Position numbers and translations under genes: made by a program | Assembly (NCBI GenBank): GCA_963734495.1 | Contig: CAVTHK010000011.1 | Location: 762,259 to 826,258, forward strand | Direction of reading: 5' to 3' | DNA length: 64,000 bases | Source: an uncultured Spirochaetota bacterium | GTDB lineage: Bacteria; Spirochaetota; Spirochaetia; SZUA-6; CAVTHK01 | Notes under the pieces: model-generated | Seen by the model: the letters and a program-made list of their open reading frames with translations, nothing else | The model's database searches: none | What the model was told of the DNA's origin: nothing | Shown: positions 11,146-21,193 of the stretch, piece by piece | How positions within the stretch are numbered: the first letter of the stretch is position 1 | Layout of the letters: every line of letters starts with the position of its first letter

Positions 11146-12814
11146 CTACACGACCCGGCGCGCCTTGAGCGTCGCGAGCAGTTTTTCGAAGCTGATGCCG
11201 TGGCGGTCCGCGATGTCCTTGGCGAAGCTGCGCCCGGCCGGGGGCCCGGGCTCGATGTGGTAGGTGCGCCGCGCCTCGCCGTTCGTGGATCCGGGCGGGG
11301 TGGACTCGGCCCCTGCGACGACGCTCACGATCGCGCACGCGCCGCCGCTCTCGCGGTTGATCTCGTCCGCCTTGGCCGCGAGCTCGTGCAGGTGCGTGGC
11401 AAAGACGGCCCGGCACCCGACCAGCCTGAAGGCGCGCAGGATGTCCTCCGCCAGGTACAGGCTCTCGCCGGGGCTCGTGCTCGAGAGCGACTCGTTGAGC
11501 AGCACCAGGCTGTGCCGCGTGACCGTCGAGAAGATGGCGGCGATGCGCGCCGCTTCTTCGCCGAGGCGGCCGGTCTCGAGGTCGCCGTGCTCCTCGCGCG
11601 GGAAATGCGTGACGATCTGGTCGACCGGGCTGATGACCGCGGCCTCCGCGGGCACGGGGAGGCCCGCCTGCGCGAGCGCCTGCGTGATCCCGATGCCCTG
11701 CGTGTACGTCGTCTTGCCGCCGCGGTTCGGCCCCGTCAGTACGAAGATGCCGGCGTCCTCATCCAGCTTCACGTCGTTGAGCACGACGCGCGACGAGAGG
11801 TCCTGGCCCGGGCTCGCCGCGCGGAAGCGGAGGGCCATGGCGAGATTGTAGTAGCCCTTGGCCCGCAACACCCGCTCCGCGGTCGGGCGCAGCTCGGGCC
11901 GCGTCAGAGGCAGCCCCGCGCCGCGGACCAGCACCCCGAGCCTGTGGCCGCCGAGGTAGAAGCCCACTTCGGGGGCCACGGCCGCGAGAAAGCCCGTGTT
12001 GAGGCGGACGTACTTCTCGACGGCGCGCACGATCGGCCGCGAGACCGACTGCAGCAGGCCGTCGAGGTCCTGGAAGAGGGGAGCCAGGGGAAGGGCGACC
12101 TGCGGCAGGGCGGCCGGTCCGCGCGGTCCGGCGTTGGCGTGCATGGGGCCGATGCCCTTGAGGCTCTCCTCGCCGCCGCGGCGCATGAGGCGCGCGAGCA
12201 GCGAGCGCTCGCCGATGCGCCGCTCGTTGATCGACAGCAGCGCCGCTTCCACCGGCCTGAGGCGCTCGTCGAGGTTGATGCCGATCGTCACGCTCGAGCG
12301 CCGCTTGATGGCGGCGCTGAGGCGGGGAAGCTCCTGCCGCAGGTTCTCGAACAGCGGGTCCTCGCGCCGCTCCTCGACGAGCCGCGACAGGGCGCGCAGG
12401 CCGGCCGATCGCACCCGGCCCGAGAGCAGCCCGGGACAGGGAGGCGATGCACTCGACGTACAGCTCCAGCTCGCCCAGCCGCCAGAGCATCTGGCGCAGC
12501 GCCGAGGTCTCGCTCCTCCTCGTCTCGGCGTAGAAGACCAGCTCCGCGATGCGCGGGACGAAGGCGGTGAGCTCCGCGGCCAGGTCGGGGGACTCGTCGA
12601 AATCGGCGAGGATGTCCTGGCGGTAGGCGATGGCCGCGGGGTCATGGCACGGCCGCTGGATCATCCCGAGGATCTGCCCGCGCGACACGTCGCTGCCCGC
12701 CATCGCGTCCGCGATCCTGTCGAGGAGCAGGTCCTCCGCGATCTGGCTGCTCATCGCGCCGGAGGCGGCTTCGGGGTCGAGGCCGGCCGGCCACAGCAGG
12801 CTGAAAGATTCCAT
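11146..12814 (-). CDS. MutS domain V-like ATPase (MutS-related protein), frameshift near 12440
   Basis: Walker A LTGPNRGGKTT, THFPREE...GRLGEE, LLNESLSSTS, FATHLHEL. N-terminus MESFSLLWP...YRQDIL is in another frame. Confidence 0.8.
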
Positions 12815-12825
12815 CGCCAGGAGCG

Positions 12826-12987
12826 AGTATACGAACCGCCTTCGCCGCGTGTCAAAACGCCCGGATATGGCGGCTGTCGCGGGCCCGGCGAGCCGCCGCC
12901 GGCCCCCCGAGCCCGGGCCGCCCGCCATCCCGGGACGTCGAGAAACCGCGCAAGTGCGTTGACGGGCTCCGGGGTGCGTGTTACTTT
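12826..12987. promoter_or_regulatory. Divergent sigma70-like promoters
   Basis: Minus strand TTGACA(12855-12850)-N18-TATACT(12831-12826). Plus strand TTGACG(12959-12964)-N17-TACTTT(12982-12987) with an extended TG. Confidence 0.55.
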
Positions 12988-13127
12988 GCAGGGAAACGTG
13001 CGGGAACCGTGCGCGCAGGAACAGGGACAACAGCCGACGCGCTTCGGGCACGGCTTGCGCATGTGGTGAGAGCCGTGTGCGGCCGCCGGAGCGCGGCCCG
13101 GCCGCGACTCGCGCCCAGGAGGGACCA

Positions 13128-13836
13128 GTGGTAAGAATCGTGACCGGAGTGACGGCCGTGCTCCTCGCGCTCGCGCTCGCCGCGTGCGCGTCGAAGCCCG
13201 CACCCGTCGAACAGCCGGCGCCCGCGCCCCAGCCGGCCCCCGCGGTGCAGCCCGCTCCGCAGCCGGCCCCCGCGCCCGCGGCCGCACCGGCCGTGGCGGC
13301 CCCCGACAAGGAGCTGGCGGGAGCGAGGATCCTTCGGGACCGGGTCGTCCGCTTCAAGCTCGACCAGCAGTATCCGCAGGATTTTGCGGCCGCCGACGCC
13401 AAGCTCATAGAGGGCCAGGCGCAGATGAACAAGGACAACGCGGCGGCCAAGGCGTCGATCGACGCCGCTTCGGCCGGCTACGGCAAGATCCTGCAAGGAC
13501 GGCCTCACTCCGATCGCCCGCAAGAACCGCCAGGACGTCGAGACGGTCCGGGCGAACGCCACGGGGATCAAGGCGCAGGTGGCCGTGGCCGACGACTACG
13601 CGGCGGCCGAAGCGGTCTACCAGAAGGCGCTGGCCAGCGACAACACGGGCGACCTGGAGGCGGCCATCGACGGGTACTCGCAGGCGCGCGATCAGTTCGT
13701 CAAGGTCTACGACTCCGCCAAGGCCAAGAAGGACCGGGCGGAGCGCTCGCTACAGGAAGCGCGCAAGGACCTCTCGGACGCCGAGGCGCAAGCCAAGGCG
13801 GCGGAGGACGCTGCGAAGGCGGAGGGCATACGATGA
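13128..13836 (+). CDS. Helical lipoprotein with Pro/Ala linker, frameshift near 13500
   Basis: AGGAGG RBS, lipobox LAAC-ASKP, PAPAPQ linker, Ala-rich amphipathic helices continuing in ORF 13579-13836. Confidence 0.7.
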
Positions 13837-14267
13837 AGGCAACTGCGATCCTTTCGCTCCTCCTGCTCGCCGTCGTGACCGCGGGCGCCCAGGACCTGCT
13901 GCGGTCGAACCCCAACTACGTCAAGGCGCGGGAGATGCAGCTGCAGGCCGACCAGGCCTACAACCGCGGCGACTACGACAAAGCCGCGCAGCTTGCCGAC
14001 GACTCGCGCAAGCTGCTCGCACAGGCGGAGAACGAGACCACGGCGCGCATCCAGCAGCTTCGCGCCAACGGGTGGAAGAACCGCGCCGCGGACCGCATCG
14101 CCTACGCCAAGGGCATCAAGGCCGACGTCTCCTACCCGGAGCAGTGGGCCAAGGCGAACGCGCTCTACGACACCGCGCAGAAGGCGTACGACGCCAAGGA
14201 CTACGACGCGAGCATAGCCGCCTCGCAGGCGTCGTACTCCGCGCTCGACGGGATAAGGCCGAAGTAG
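13833..14267 (+). CDS. Secreted helical (TPR-like) protein
   Basis: ATGA overlap with the upstream gene, signal peptide MKATAILSLLLLAVVTAGA, AYNRGDYDKA / AYDAKDYDAS repeats. Confidence 0.7.
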   Translation: MKATAILSLLLLAVVTAGAQDLLRSNPNYVKAREMQLQADQAYNRGDYDKAAQLADDSRKLLAQAENETTARIQQLRANGWKNRAADRIAYAKGIKADVSYPEQWAKANALYDTAQKAYDAKDYDASIAASQASYSALDGIRPK

Positions 14268-14294
14268 GGTCCGCTTGGAGTTGAGAACCGGCTC

Positions 14295-14391
14295 GCCCAG
14301 CTAACGCTGGGCGCCGGCTAGCGCTGGGCGAGCCCGGCTAGCGCTGGGCAAGCCCGGCTAGCGCTGGGCAAGCCCAGCTATCGCTGGGCAA
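14295..14391. repeat. Array of five ~20-bp palindromic units (GCCCRGC-TAVC-GCTGGGC-AA)
   Basis: Units start at 14295, 14313, 14332, 14352 and 14372. Each forms a 7-bp hairpin with a 4-nt loop. Confidence 0.9.
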
Positions 14392-15919
14392 GCGCCAGCA
14401 TCGTTTCCCCCACCCAGCGCACGAGCTGCTCCATCCTGCGGTAGGCGAGCTTGCCGGCTTCGTCCGTAACCTCGTGGTAGTCCTCGTGCTCGCCCGTGAA
14501 GAACGAAAGGAACGGGACGCCCGCTTCCGTGAACGGGCCGTAGTCGCTGTTGGCCGGGCTCGGCCCCGCGCCCGACCAGGTCCACTTGAGGTCGAGCGCC
14601 TCGGCCGTCGTCTCGAGCCCGGTCCGCACACGCTCGTCCACGCCCTTGCCGAACACGCGGACCGGCTGATCGGGATTGCGGCCGATCATGTCGAGGTTGA
14701 TCATGAAGCGCAGGCGGTCGCGGGGGACGAGCCCGCGGGCGAAGAGCGCTTCGGAGCCGAACAGCCCTTCCTCCTCCCCCGTGAACGTCATGAAGACCAT
14801 GCTGCGGGCGGGCCGGGGATGAACGGCGGCGAAGTACTGCGCCAGCTCGAGCACCCCCGAGGTGCCGGAGGCATTGTCGTCCGCCCCGTTGTAGATCCCG
14901 TCGCCCGGGGCGTTCGGGATCGCGCCGAGGTGATCGTGATGAGCGCCGACCACGATCCACTCGTCGGCGAGCTTCGGGTCGCTGCCGCGCAGGTACCCCG
15001 CGACGTCGCGCGCGGGCACCTCCTGCGCGGCCGCCGCCGCGGCGCCGACTCCCAGCGACGCGCTGAGGCCGCGCAGATCGACGTCGCGCGGCTTCGCGCC
15101 TCCGTCGACCGCGGCCTGCACCGACTCCGGCGTGTAGCCCGAGGGCTGCAGCAGCTTCGCCGCGAGCTCCCGCGAGATCTGCGCGGACAGCAGCGCGACG
15201 GTCTCGGCGCCTCCCGAAGGCTTCCAGGCCGGGTCCAGGCTCAGCGCGCCGTCGACGCGCAGGTCGTCGCTGCCTGACGGGTGAAAGGCGGGATCGGTGA
15301 ACAACACCATCCCCGCGGCCCCGTGCGCCAGCGCGTTGCGCGCCTTGGTCACGAAGAACGCGTGCCTGGTGAAGTCCTTGTCAGCCCACCGGCTCGCCCC
15401 GCCGTCGGTGACGGGCTCGTGGCGGAGGACGAGGACGATCTTTCCCGACACGTCGAGACCGGCGTAATCGTCCCACCCGTGCTCCGGTGCGGTGATGCCG
15501 TAGCCTGCGAACACGACCGGCGCCCGTACGCTTCCCATCCTCGAGAACCAGAACGGGCGGAAGCTCGCGCCGAGAACCGCGGGGATCTCATCGCCGCCGC
15601 GGGAAAAGGCGAGCCTGGTCTCGGCAGGGTCGTAGGTGTGCCTGTACAGGGTGAAGTCCAGAAAGAAGTCTTTCCGCCCGGGCAGCGGCTGGAGCCGGTC
15701 GCGGGCGAACTGCGAGGCGATAAAGCGCTCCGCCTGCGCCTCCCCGGGCTGACCCGTCTCGCGGCCGGCGAGCGCGTCCGAGGCGAGGTACGTCACGTCG
15801 GCGCGCAAGTCGGCCGCGGTGATCGCGGCCCCCCGATCGCAGGCGCCGAGCAGCGCCACAAGCGGGATCGCCGCGAGCGACGCGAGCCCGAGGCGCGGCG
15901 TGACCCGTCTTTCCCTCAC
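14378..15919 (-). CDS. M28 family peptidase with PA domain, lipoprotein
   Basis: Lipobox LLGAC, YLASDALAGRETG, PA insert (VFAGYGI...DY), GAHHDHLG, NGADDNASG, GEEEGLFGS, NLDMIGR, SDY, YH. Confidence 0.9.
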   Translation of the reverse strand: MRERRVTPRLGLASLAAIPLVALLGACDRGAAITAADLRADVTYLASDALAGRETGQPGEAQAERFIASQFARDRLQPLPGRKDFFLDFTLYRHTYDPAETRLAFSRGGDEIPAVLGASFRPFWFSRMGSVRAPVVFAGYGITAPEHGWDDYAGLDVSGKIVLVLRHEPVTDGGASRWADKDFTRHAFFVTKARNALAHGAAGMVLFTDPAFHPSGSDDLRVDGALSLDPAWKPSGGAETVALLSAQISRELAAKLLQPSGYTPESVQAAVDGGAKPRDVDLRGLSASLGVGAAAAAAQEVPARDVAGYLRGSDPKLADEWIVVGAHHDHLGAIPNAPGDGIYNGADDNASGTSGVLELAQYFAAVHPRPARSMVFMTFTGEEEGLFGSEALFARGLVPRDRLRFMINLDMIGRNPDQPVRVFGKGVDERVRTGLETTAEALDLKWTWSGAGPSPANSDYGPFTEAGVPFLSFFTGEHEDYHEVTDEAGKLAYRRMEQLVRWVGETMLALAQR

Positions 15920-15960
15920 GGCGCAAAGATACCCCGCGCGGCCCGGGACTGCACAGTCAT

Positions 15961-16020
15961 GCCCGGCTAAAGTCGGGCAAGCCCGGCTAACGTCGGGCAG
16001 GCCCACCTAACGGTGGGCAA
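15961..16020. repeat. Array of three 20-bp palindromic units related to the 14295-14391 array
   Basis: GCCCGGCTAAAGTCGGGCAA, GCCCGGCTAACGTCGGGCAG, GCCCACCTAACGGTGGGCAA. Confidence 0.88.
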
Positions 16021-16918
16021 GTACGTCGAGCTGGTGCACGATGAGCCCGAGCCGCGCGGCCCGGAGGTCGGCGAGGCGTGACTGCAGCCACGCGTCGAGC
16101 GAAGCGCCCGCCAGCCCCTGCCGGCCGCCCTCCGCGTGCACGGTCTCGAGGATCGCCTGCAGGAAGACCGCTTCAGAGCCGCGGTAGCGGCCGCCGAACG
16201 GGTAGAGGCTCCAGTCGGAGGCGCCGCACCCGGCGACTTCGAAGCCGCACGTCGGAAGCGCGGCGAGCAGGCGGGTCCCGGCGCGGCTTCCCCCCGTCGC
16301 GGCGCCTCCCACGCGCCGCTCGTCCATCGAGCGGTCGTAGGCCGCCAGCAGCCCTTCCTCGAACCCGCCTTCGGCCTGCGGGGGAAGGAGCGTCGTCCTG
16401 CCGTCGTAAGTGATGGTCGCGTAGAGCAGCCCCGCGGGCGCGAGGAGCCCGCGTAACCGATCGAGCGTCTCCCGCAGCGGCACGATGTCGAGAAAGGCGT
16501 GAGCCATGACCGCGTCGAAAGGCTCGGTGCCGAAACGCCTGGAATCGAAAGGATCCTGCAGGATGTCGCCCGCCGCGAACCGCACGAGCATCGAGTGCCC
16601 GAGGCCGCTCACCACCGCTCCGTCCCGACTCCTTTCGAACGCGAGCCCTCGGGCCCGCGCCTCCTGCTCGAGCAGCTCCCCGGCGACGCTCAGGCTCACG
16701 GGATCGCGGTCGAAGGCGGTGAGGTCGACGTCGCGGGGCAGCTCCTCGTTCGCCAGCTTCCGGACCATGGCGCCCGTGCCGCTTCCCACATCGAGGATGC
16801 GCAGGGGCGAGGAGGCTCGCGCGCGCAGGGCCCCGAGGAAGGCGTCGTAGACTTCGCGGTTGCGGCTGCGCGCGTCGAGCGCGATCTTCGCCTCGAGATA
16901 GACCTGAAACCCGATCAT
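16007..16918 (-). CDS. Class I SAM-dependent methyltransferase-like protein
   Basis: YLEAKIALDARS, ILDVGSGTG, HAFLD, ITYDG. ATGA overlap with the GT4 gene. Confidence 0.8.
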   Translation of the reverse strand: MIGFQVYLEAKIALDARSRNREVYDAFLGALRARASSPLRILDVGSGTGAMVRKLANEELPRDVDLTAFDRDPVSLSVAGELLEQEARARGLAFERSRDGAVVSGLGHSMLVRFAAGDILQDPFDSRRFGTEPFDAVMAHAFLDIVPLRETLDRLRGLLAPAGLLYATITYDGRTTLLPPQAEGGFEEGLLAAYDRSMDERRVGGAATGGSRAGTRLLAALPTCGFEVAGCGASDWSLYPFGGRYRGSEAVFLQAILETVHAEGGRQGLAGASLDAWLQSRLADLRAARLGLIVHQLDVLAHR

Positions 16919-17996
16919 CCGGCTCCCTTTGCGGCCACGAGCTCGCGCAGCCGCAGCGCGAAGCACTCCCCGGTCTCGGCCCACGTGGGCAGCGCCGCCG
17001 CCCGCTCCCGCGAGCGGCGCGCGGCCGCCGCCCGCAGCTCGGGACTCGCCAGCATCGCCGCTATCCCCTCGCCGAGGCCGCGGACGTCGCCGGCGGGCAC
17101 GAGGCCCTCGCCGCCGGCGGTCTCCGACACGCCGCCGACGTCGAAGGCGACGAACGGGAGGCCGAAGGAGAGAGCCTCGGCCAGGGCGATCCCGTACGCC
17201 TCGTAGCGCGACGAGAGGACGAAGAGGTCCGCATCGCGGTACGCGGCGGCGAGGGCTTCGCCGTCGAGGGGACCGGTGAGGTCGACGCGGCCGCCGAGCC
17301 CGCGGCGGCGCACCAGCCGCAGCACCCGGCGCGCGAAAGCGCGGTCGACGGTCGCGTCCCCCACCAGGCGCAGCTTCCAGTCGAGATCCGCGTGCGCGGC
17401 GAGCGCGCGCACGAGCAGGTCCTGCCCCTTGACGCGAAAGAGGTTGCCGACCGCGAGGACGACAGGCGGGCCGGCCGCGCGGGCGCGGGCCGCCCGCGGG
17501 GGAGCGACGGCATCGCGGCCGGGCGGGCAGACCGCCACCGCGACGCCGGCGTCCCGCGAGTCGAACGATCTCGCGGCGGGAGGCGCGGCTGTTGGTGACG
17601 ACGAGGTCGGAGGCGCGGAGCAGCGCCCGCTCCAGGCGAGCGGCCAGCGGACGCAGCAGCGTTCGCGGCTCCTCCCGGCTCTTGAGCATGTGGACCACGG
17701 TGACGAGCACGGGCCGCGGGCGGCGCGTCCTTGGGCGCAGCGCGAACGCGGGCGCGGCCGACGCGTGCGCCAGGCCGTCGACGATGACGGCGTCCGGGCG
17801 CCTCCGGCCCTCGAGGGCGCGGCGCAGCCTCCCGTCGAGCGCCTGCAGCGGCGCGAACGCGTAGGGCAGCCGCGGCAGCGCGAGCGTCTCGGACCGCATC
17901 GCCCCGCGCGCGCAGCGCCTCGACGATCTTGAGGTTGTAGAGGGTGCCGCCGGTGATGCGCGCGCCCGTCCGGCACGTGATCAGGAGCACGTTCAT
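16915..17996 (-). CDS. Glycosyltransferase family 4, two frameshifts
   Basis: TGGTLYN N-terminus, VDGLA, VGNLFRVKG, SRYEAYGIALAEA (ExYG...E motif). Confidence 0.85.
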
Positions 17997-18382
17997 CGGC
18001 CGCTCCACGGCTCTTCGTACGATGCCCATGCGTCGTCGCTCTCCCAGATCGTGACCTCGGAGCGGCCGATGCCGGACGCCGCGGCCCCGAGCAGCCGGCG
18101 CAGCTCGGACGTGACGAACACGGCCACGTTCTCGACGCTCGGAGCCCGCGAGGAGAAGAACGGCAGGGCGTTCAGGTCGGCCCCGTCCAGGGCGCGGCAG
18201 ACTCCACCTAGACATCTCTTGAGCTCCGAGATGTCGACCGAGTAGCCTTTCTCGTCGAGCCCGCCTGTGGCGCAGGACCACTGGATCGCGTAGTCGTGGG
18301 CGTGCGGCGACGCCTCGCTCCCGCCCTCGGCAGGCAGCGCGTGGATCGCGCGCAGGCGGTTCTTGACGCCGGCTCGGAACAT
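17993..18382 (-). CDS. 6-pyruvoyl-tetrahydropterin synthase / QueD family (COG0720) protein
   Basis: AIH...EASPHAHDY, VDI, LN.L, PSVENVA, WES. The CxxxHGH Cys of canonical QueD is absent. Confidence 0.82.
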   Translation of the reverse strand: MFRAGVKNRLRAIHALPAEGGSEASPHAHDYAIQWSCATGGLDEKGYSVDISELKRCLGGVCRALDGADLNALPFFSSRAPSVENVAVFVTSELRRLLGAAASGIGRSEVTIWESDDAWASYEEPWSGR

Positions 18383-18397
18383 CGGCCGCTCCTTTCC

Positions 18398-19385
18398 TCA
18401 CGGCTCCAGCACGACCTGCAGGGTCTCCCCGGGGCGCTCGCAGATGAGGTTGAAGGCATCCTGCGCCTTCTCGAGAGCGAAGCGATGAGTGATGTACTTC
18501 GAAGGCCGGACGCGGCGCACCATCGCCAGCGCCAGGGCGAGCCGCCGCCGCTTGTCCCATCGCGCCGAAAGGGCGGGGCTGATCGTGGAGACCTGGCTCG
18601 CCCGGATGGCGAGCCGCTTGCGGTGGAAGGCCTCGCCCAGCGCGAGGCTCACGCTGCGGCTCCCGTAGTAGGAGGCCTCGATCACGGCGGCCTCGAACGC
18701 GAGCGCGTCGATCGCGGTCTGAAGGCCTGAGCCTTCGGCGCTCGCGTTGATCGCGACGTCGAAGCCGCGGCCCTCCGTCGCTTCGGCGAGCCTCGCGGCC
18801 GCGGACGGGTCGTTGGGGTCGAGCGCGAGGCAGCCGAGCGCCTCCGAGGCGCGCCGGCGGCGCGGCGTGCGGCTCGAGGGTCACGATCCTCGCGGGCGAC
18901 GAGGCGGCCAGGATCTCGGCCACCAGCAGCCCGATGACGCCCTGGCCGACGACGAGGACCCGGTCGCCGAGGACCGGCGCCGCGTCGTGGCAGATCGCGA
19001 CGGCGGTCTCCATGCTCGCGAGGAACACGGCATCTTCGAACGGGACCTCCGGACCGAGCGCGACGGTCTCGTCCTCCCGCACGCGGAAGCGGGTCTGATG
19101 GGGGTAGAAGGCGAACACGCGGCCGCCGCCCGGCGTCAGGCCGACGTTGGTGTAGCCATAACGAAGAGGATAGCGCATCGGGCAGACGAGGGCGCTCAGG
19201 CTCGCGTCCGCGGTTCCGTTGCCCTGGAACTCGCCCCTGAAGATGAGCATCTCCGTGCCGTGGCTGATGCCGATCAGGGCGCTCGTCACCTCTATCTCGC
19301 CCGGCGCGGCGGGAGCGGGCACCTCCACGTCGCGGACCGAGACGATGCGCGGGGCGTCAAAGAAGAGCGCCCTCGCCTTACCCAT
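18398..19385 (-). CDS. Zinc-binding alcohol dehydrogenase-family (MDR) protein, frameshift near 18865
   Basis: ISHGTE, YPLRYGY, FYPHQ, META, VVGQGVIGLL, SYYG...AFHRKRL.IRASQV. Confidence 0.82.
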
Positions 19386-20052
19386 TCGCGACGGGCTCCA
19401 GGTCCCACACGACGTCCTCGCCGCGCTGCTCCAGGCGCACCGGGCGGAACCGCAGCGCTCTCGCGAGATCGTCGATGCCGAGATCCGCGACCGCGGGCAC
19501 GCCGGCGCCGATCACGAGAGGCGCCGTGACGATCAGCAGCCGGTCCACGAGCCCGGACCTCAGGAAGGCCGTGATCACGGAGCTGCCCCCCTCGACAAAG
19601 AGAGTCCCGATCCCGCGGGCGGACAGCGCCTCGAGCGCGGGCCCCAGGGCGACGCCGCCGCCCCCGCCCGGCCCCGCGGCCCGCTCGGCAGCGATCACCT
19701 CGACCCCGAGACGCCGCAGCCGCTCGACCTTCGCGGCATCGGGGGCGAGCGAAAACACGACCGTCGCGTACCGGTCCGCGCTCCGCGCGATCCGACCGTC
19801 CTCAGGCAGCCGCAGGCGCGAATCGAGGACGACGCGCACCGGCGAAGAGCAGCCGGGGAGGCGGCAGGTGAGGAGGGGGTCGTCGCGGAGGACCGTGCCG
19901 ATGCCCACGAGGATCGCATCGTTGTCCCGCCGCAATTCCTGGGCGAGCTCGAGCGTCCCGGGGCCGGAGATCCACTGCGACTGGCCGGTCCGCGTGGCAA
20001 TCCGCCCGTCGAGACTCTGCGCATAACTTACCGTGACGCGCGGCCGGCCCAT
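19378..20052 (-). CDS. RibD C-terminal (pyrimidine reductase) domain protein, no deaminase domain
   Basis: YAQSLDGRIAT, SQWISG, ILVGIGTVLRDDPLLTCR, VEGG. Confidence 0.88.
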   Translation of the reverse strand: MGRPRVTVSYAQSLDGRIATRTGQSQWISGPGTLELAQELRRDNDAILVGIGTVLRDDPLLTCRLPGCSSPVRVVLDSRLRLPEDGRIARSADRYATVVFSLAPDAAKVERLRRLGVEVIAAERAAGPGGGGGVALGPALEALSARGIGTLFVEGGSSVITAFLRSGLVDRLLIVTAPLVIGAGVPAVADLGIDDLARALRFRPVRLEQRGEDVVWDLEPVANG

Positions 20053-20110
20053 CTTACCACTATACGTACGCGGTTTGCCGGCGGGCAAGCTCGCAGGCTA
20101 TCCTTGCCTG

Positions 20111-21193
20111 ATGGGGTCGATCGCCCTGCCGAAACCGCTGCTCAAGCGCTGGCACCTCGCGCTGGCCGTCTCCATTGCGGCCTGCGCGGCTGTCGCGGCG
20201 GCCGTGAGCCCGGCACTCGGCGGCGAGGCGGTGATGCTGCGGGCGGGGCTGGTGTTCGCCGGGGCGGCCTGGCTGCTCGCGAGCTGTCGGCTGCACCTGA
20301 GGGACAACCGGGGCCCGGGAGGGGCGCTCTACGAGAGCCTCGGGCCTGCGAACCGGCTGACCCTGGCGCGCGGCCTGGCTGTGGCGGCGCTCGCGGCGTT
20401 CTATTTGACGCCGGGCCGCGGCGGTTTCGTGGACTGGCTCCCGGCCCTGCTGTACGCGGCGGTCGTCGCCGGCGACTACCTCGACGGCCTGATCGCGCGC
20501 CGTTCCGCGCGACTCACGCGGCTGGGCGAGCGCCTCGACACCGAGGTCGATGCCCTCGGCGTGCTCTTCGCTTCGGCGCTCGCGGTCTCGCGGCAGGCCC
20601 TGCCGCCGTGGTTCCTGCTGGTCGGCTTTGCCCGCTACCTGTGGGTGCTCACGCTGGCGCTGCGGCGCCGCCTGGGCGGCAGAGTCGTCTCCATATCCGG
20701 CACGGCAAGCGGCCGCTTTCTCGCGGGCGCGATGATGGGCCTCCTCACGGCCGCGCTCGCGCCCGCGGTCTCGCGGCAGCGGCTCGCGATCGCGGCCGTC
20801 GTGTTCGCCGTCCCGTTCCTGGCCGGCTTCGCGCGCGACTGGCTGCGGGCAGCGGACATCGTCCCGGAGAGCTCGTCGCTGTACCGCGGCGCGGCGCGCA
20901 TCGGGCGGCTCGTCCTGGACTGGCTGCCGCTGCCCCTGCGCGCCGCGTCAGCCGCGGCGCTGGCGGCGCTCGCGTGGGCCTCGGCCCCGCTGATGGCCGC
21001 GCCGGCGCTCGCGCTGCTGCTCGGCGCCGCGGGGCGGGCGGCCGCGCTGGCCCTGGTCCTTCTCTCCGCCCTGCGACTCATACCGCTCGACGGGGCGGCG
21101 CTGGCGGGAGTGCTGTCTCTGCTGATCCTCGGAACAGGCAGGTGGTCCGTTTGGTCGCCGGAGCGCAGGCTGTTCGCAAGAAACGCTGGCTGA
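20111..21193 (+). CDS. CDP-alcohol phosphatidyltransferase family membrane protein
   Basis: ANRLTLAR and the signature DYLDGLIARR...LGERLDTEVD. Confidence 0.88.
   Translation: MGSIALPKPLLKRWHLALAVSIAACAAVAAAVSPALGGEAVMLRAGLVFAGAAWLLASCRLHLRDNRGPGGALYESLGPANRLTLARGLAVAALAAFYLTPGRGGFVDWLPALLYAAVVAGDYLDGLIARRSARLTRLGERLDTEVDALGVLFASALAVSRQALPPWFLLVGFARYLWVLTLALRRRLGGRVVSISGTASGRFLAGAMMGLLTAALAPAVSRQRLAIAAVVFAVPFLAGFARDWLRAADIVPESSSLYRGAARIGRLVLDWLPLPLRAASAAALAALAWASAPLMAAPALALLLGAAGRAAALALVLLSALRLIPLDGAALAGVLSLLILGTGRWSVWSPERRLFARNAG

Noticed and set aside
14295-14391. CRISPR array
   Set aside because: Units abut with no unique spacers, are only 20 bp, and no cas genes are present.
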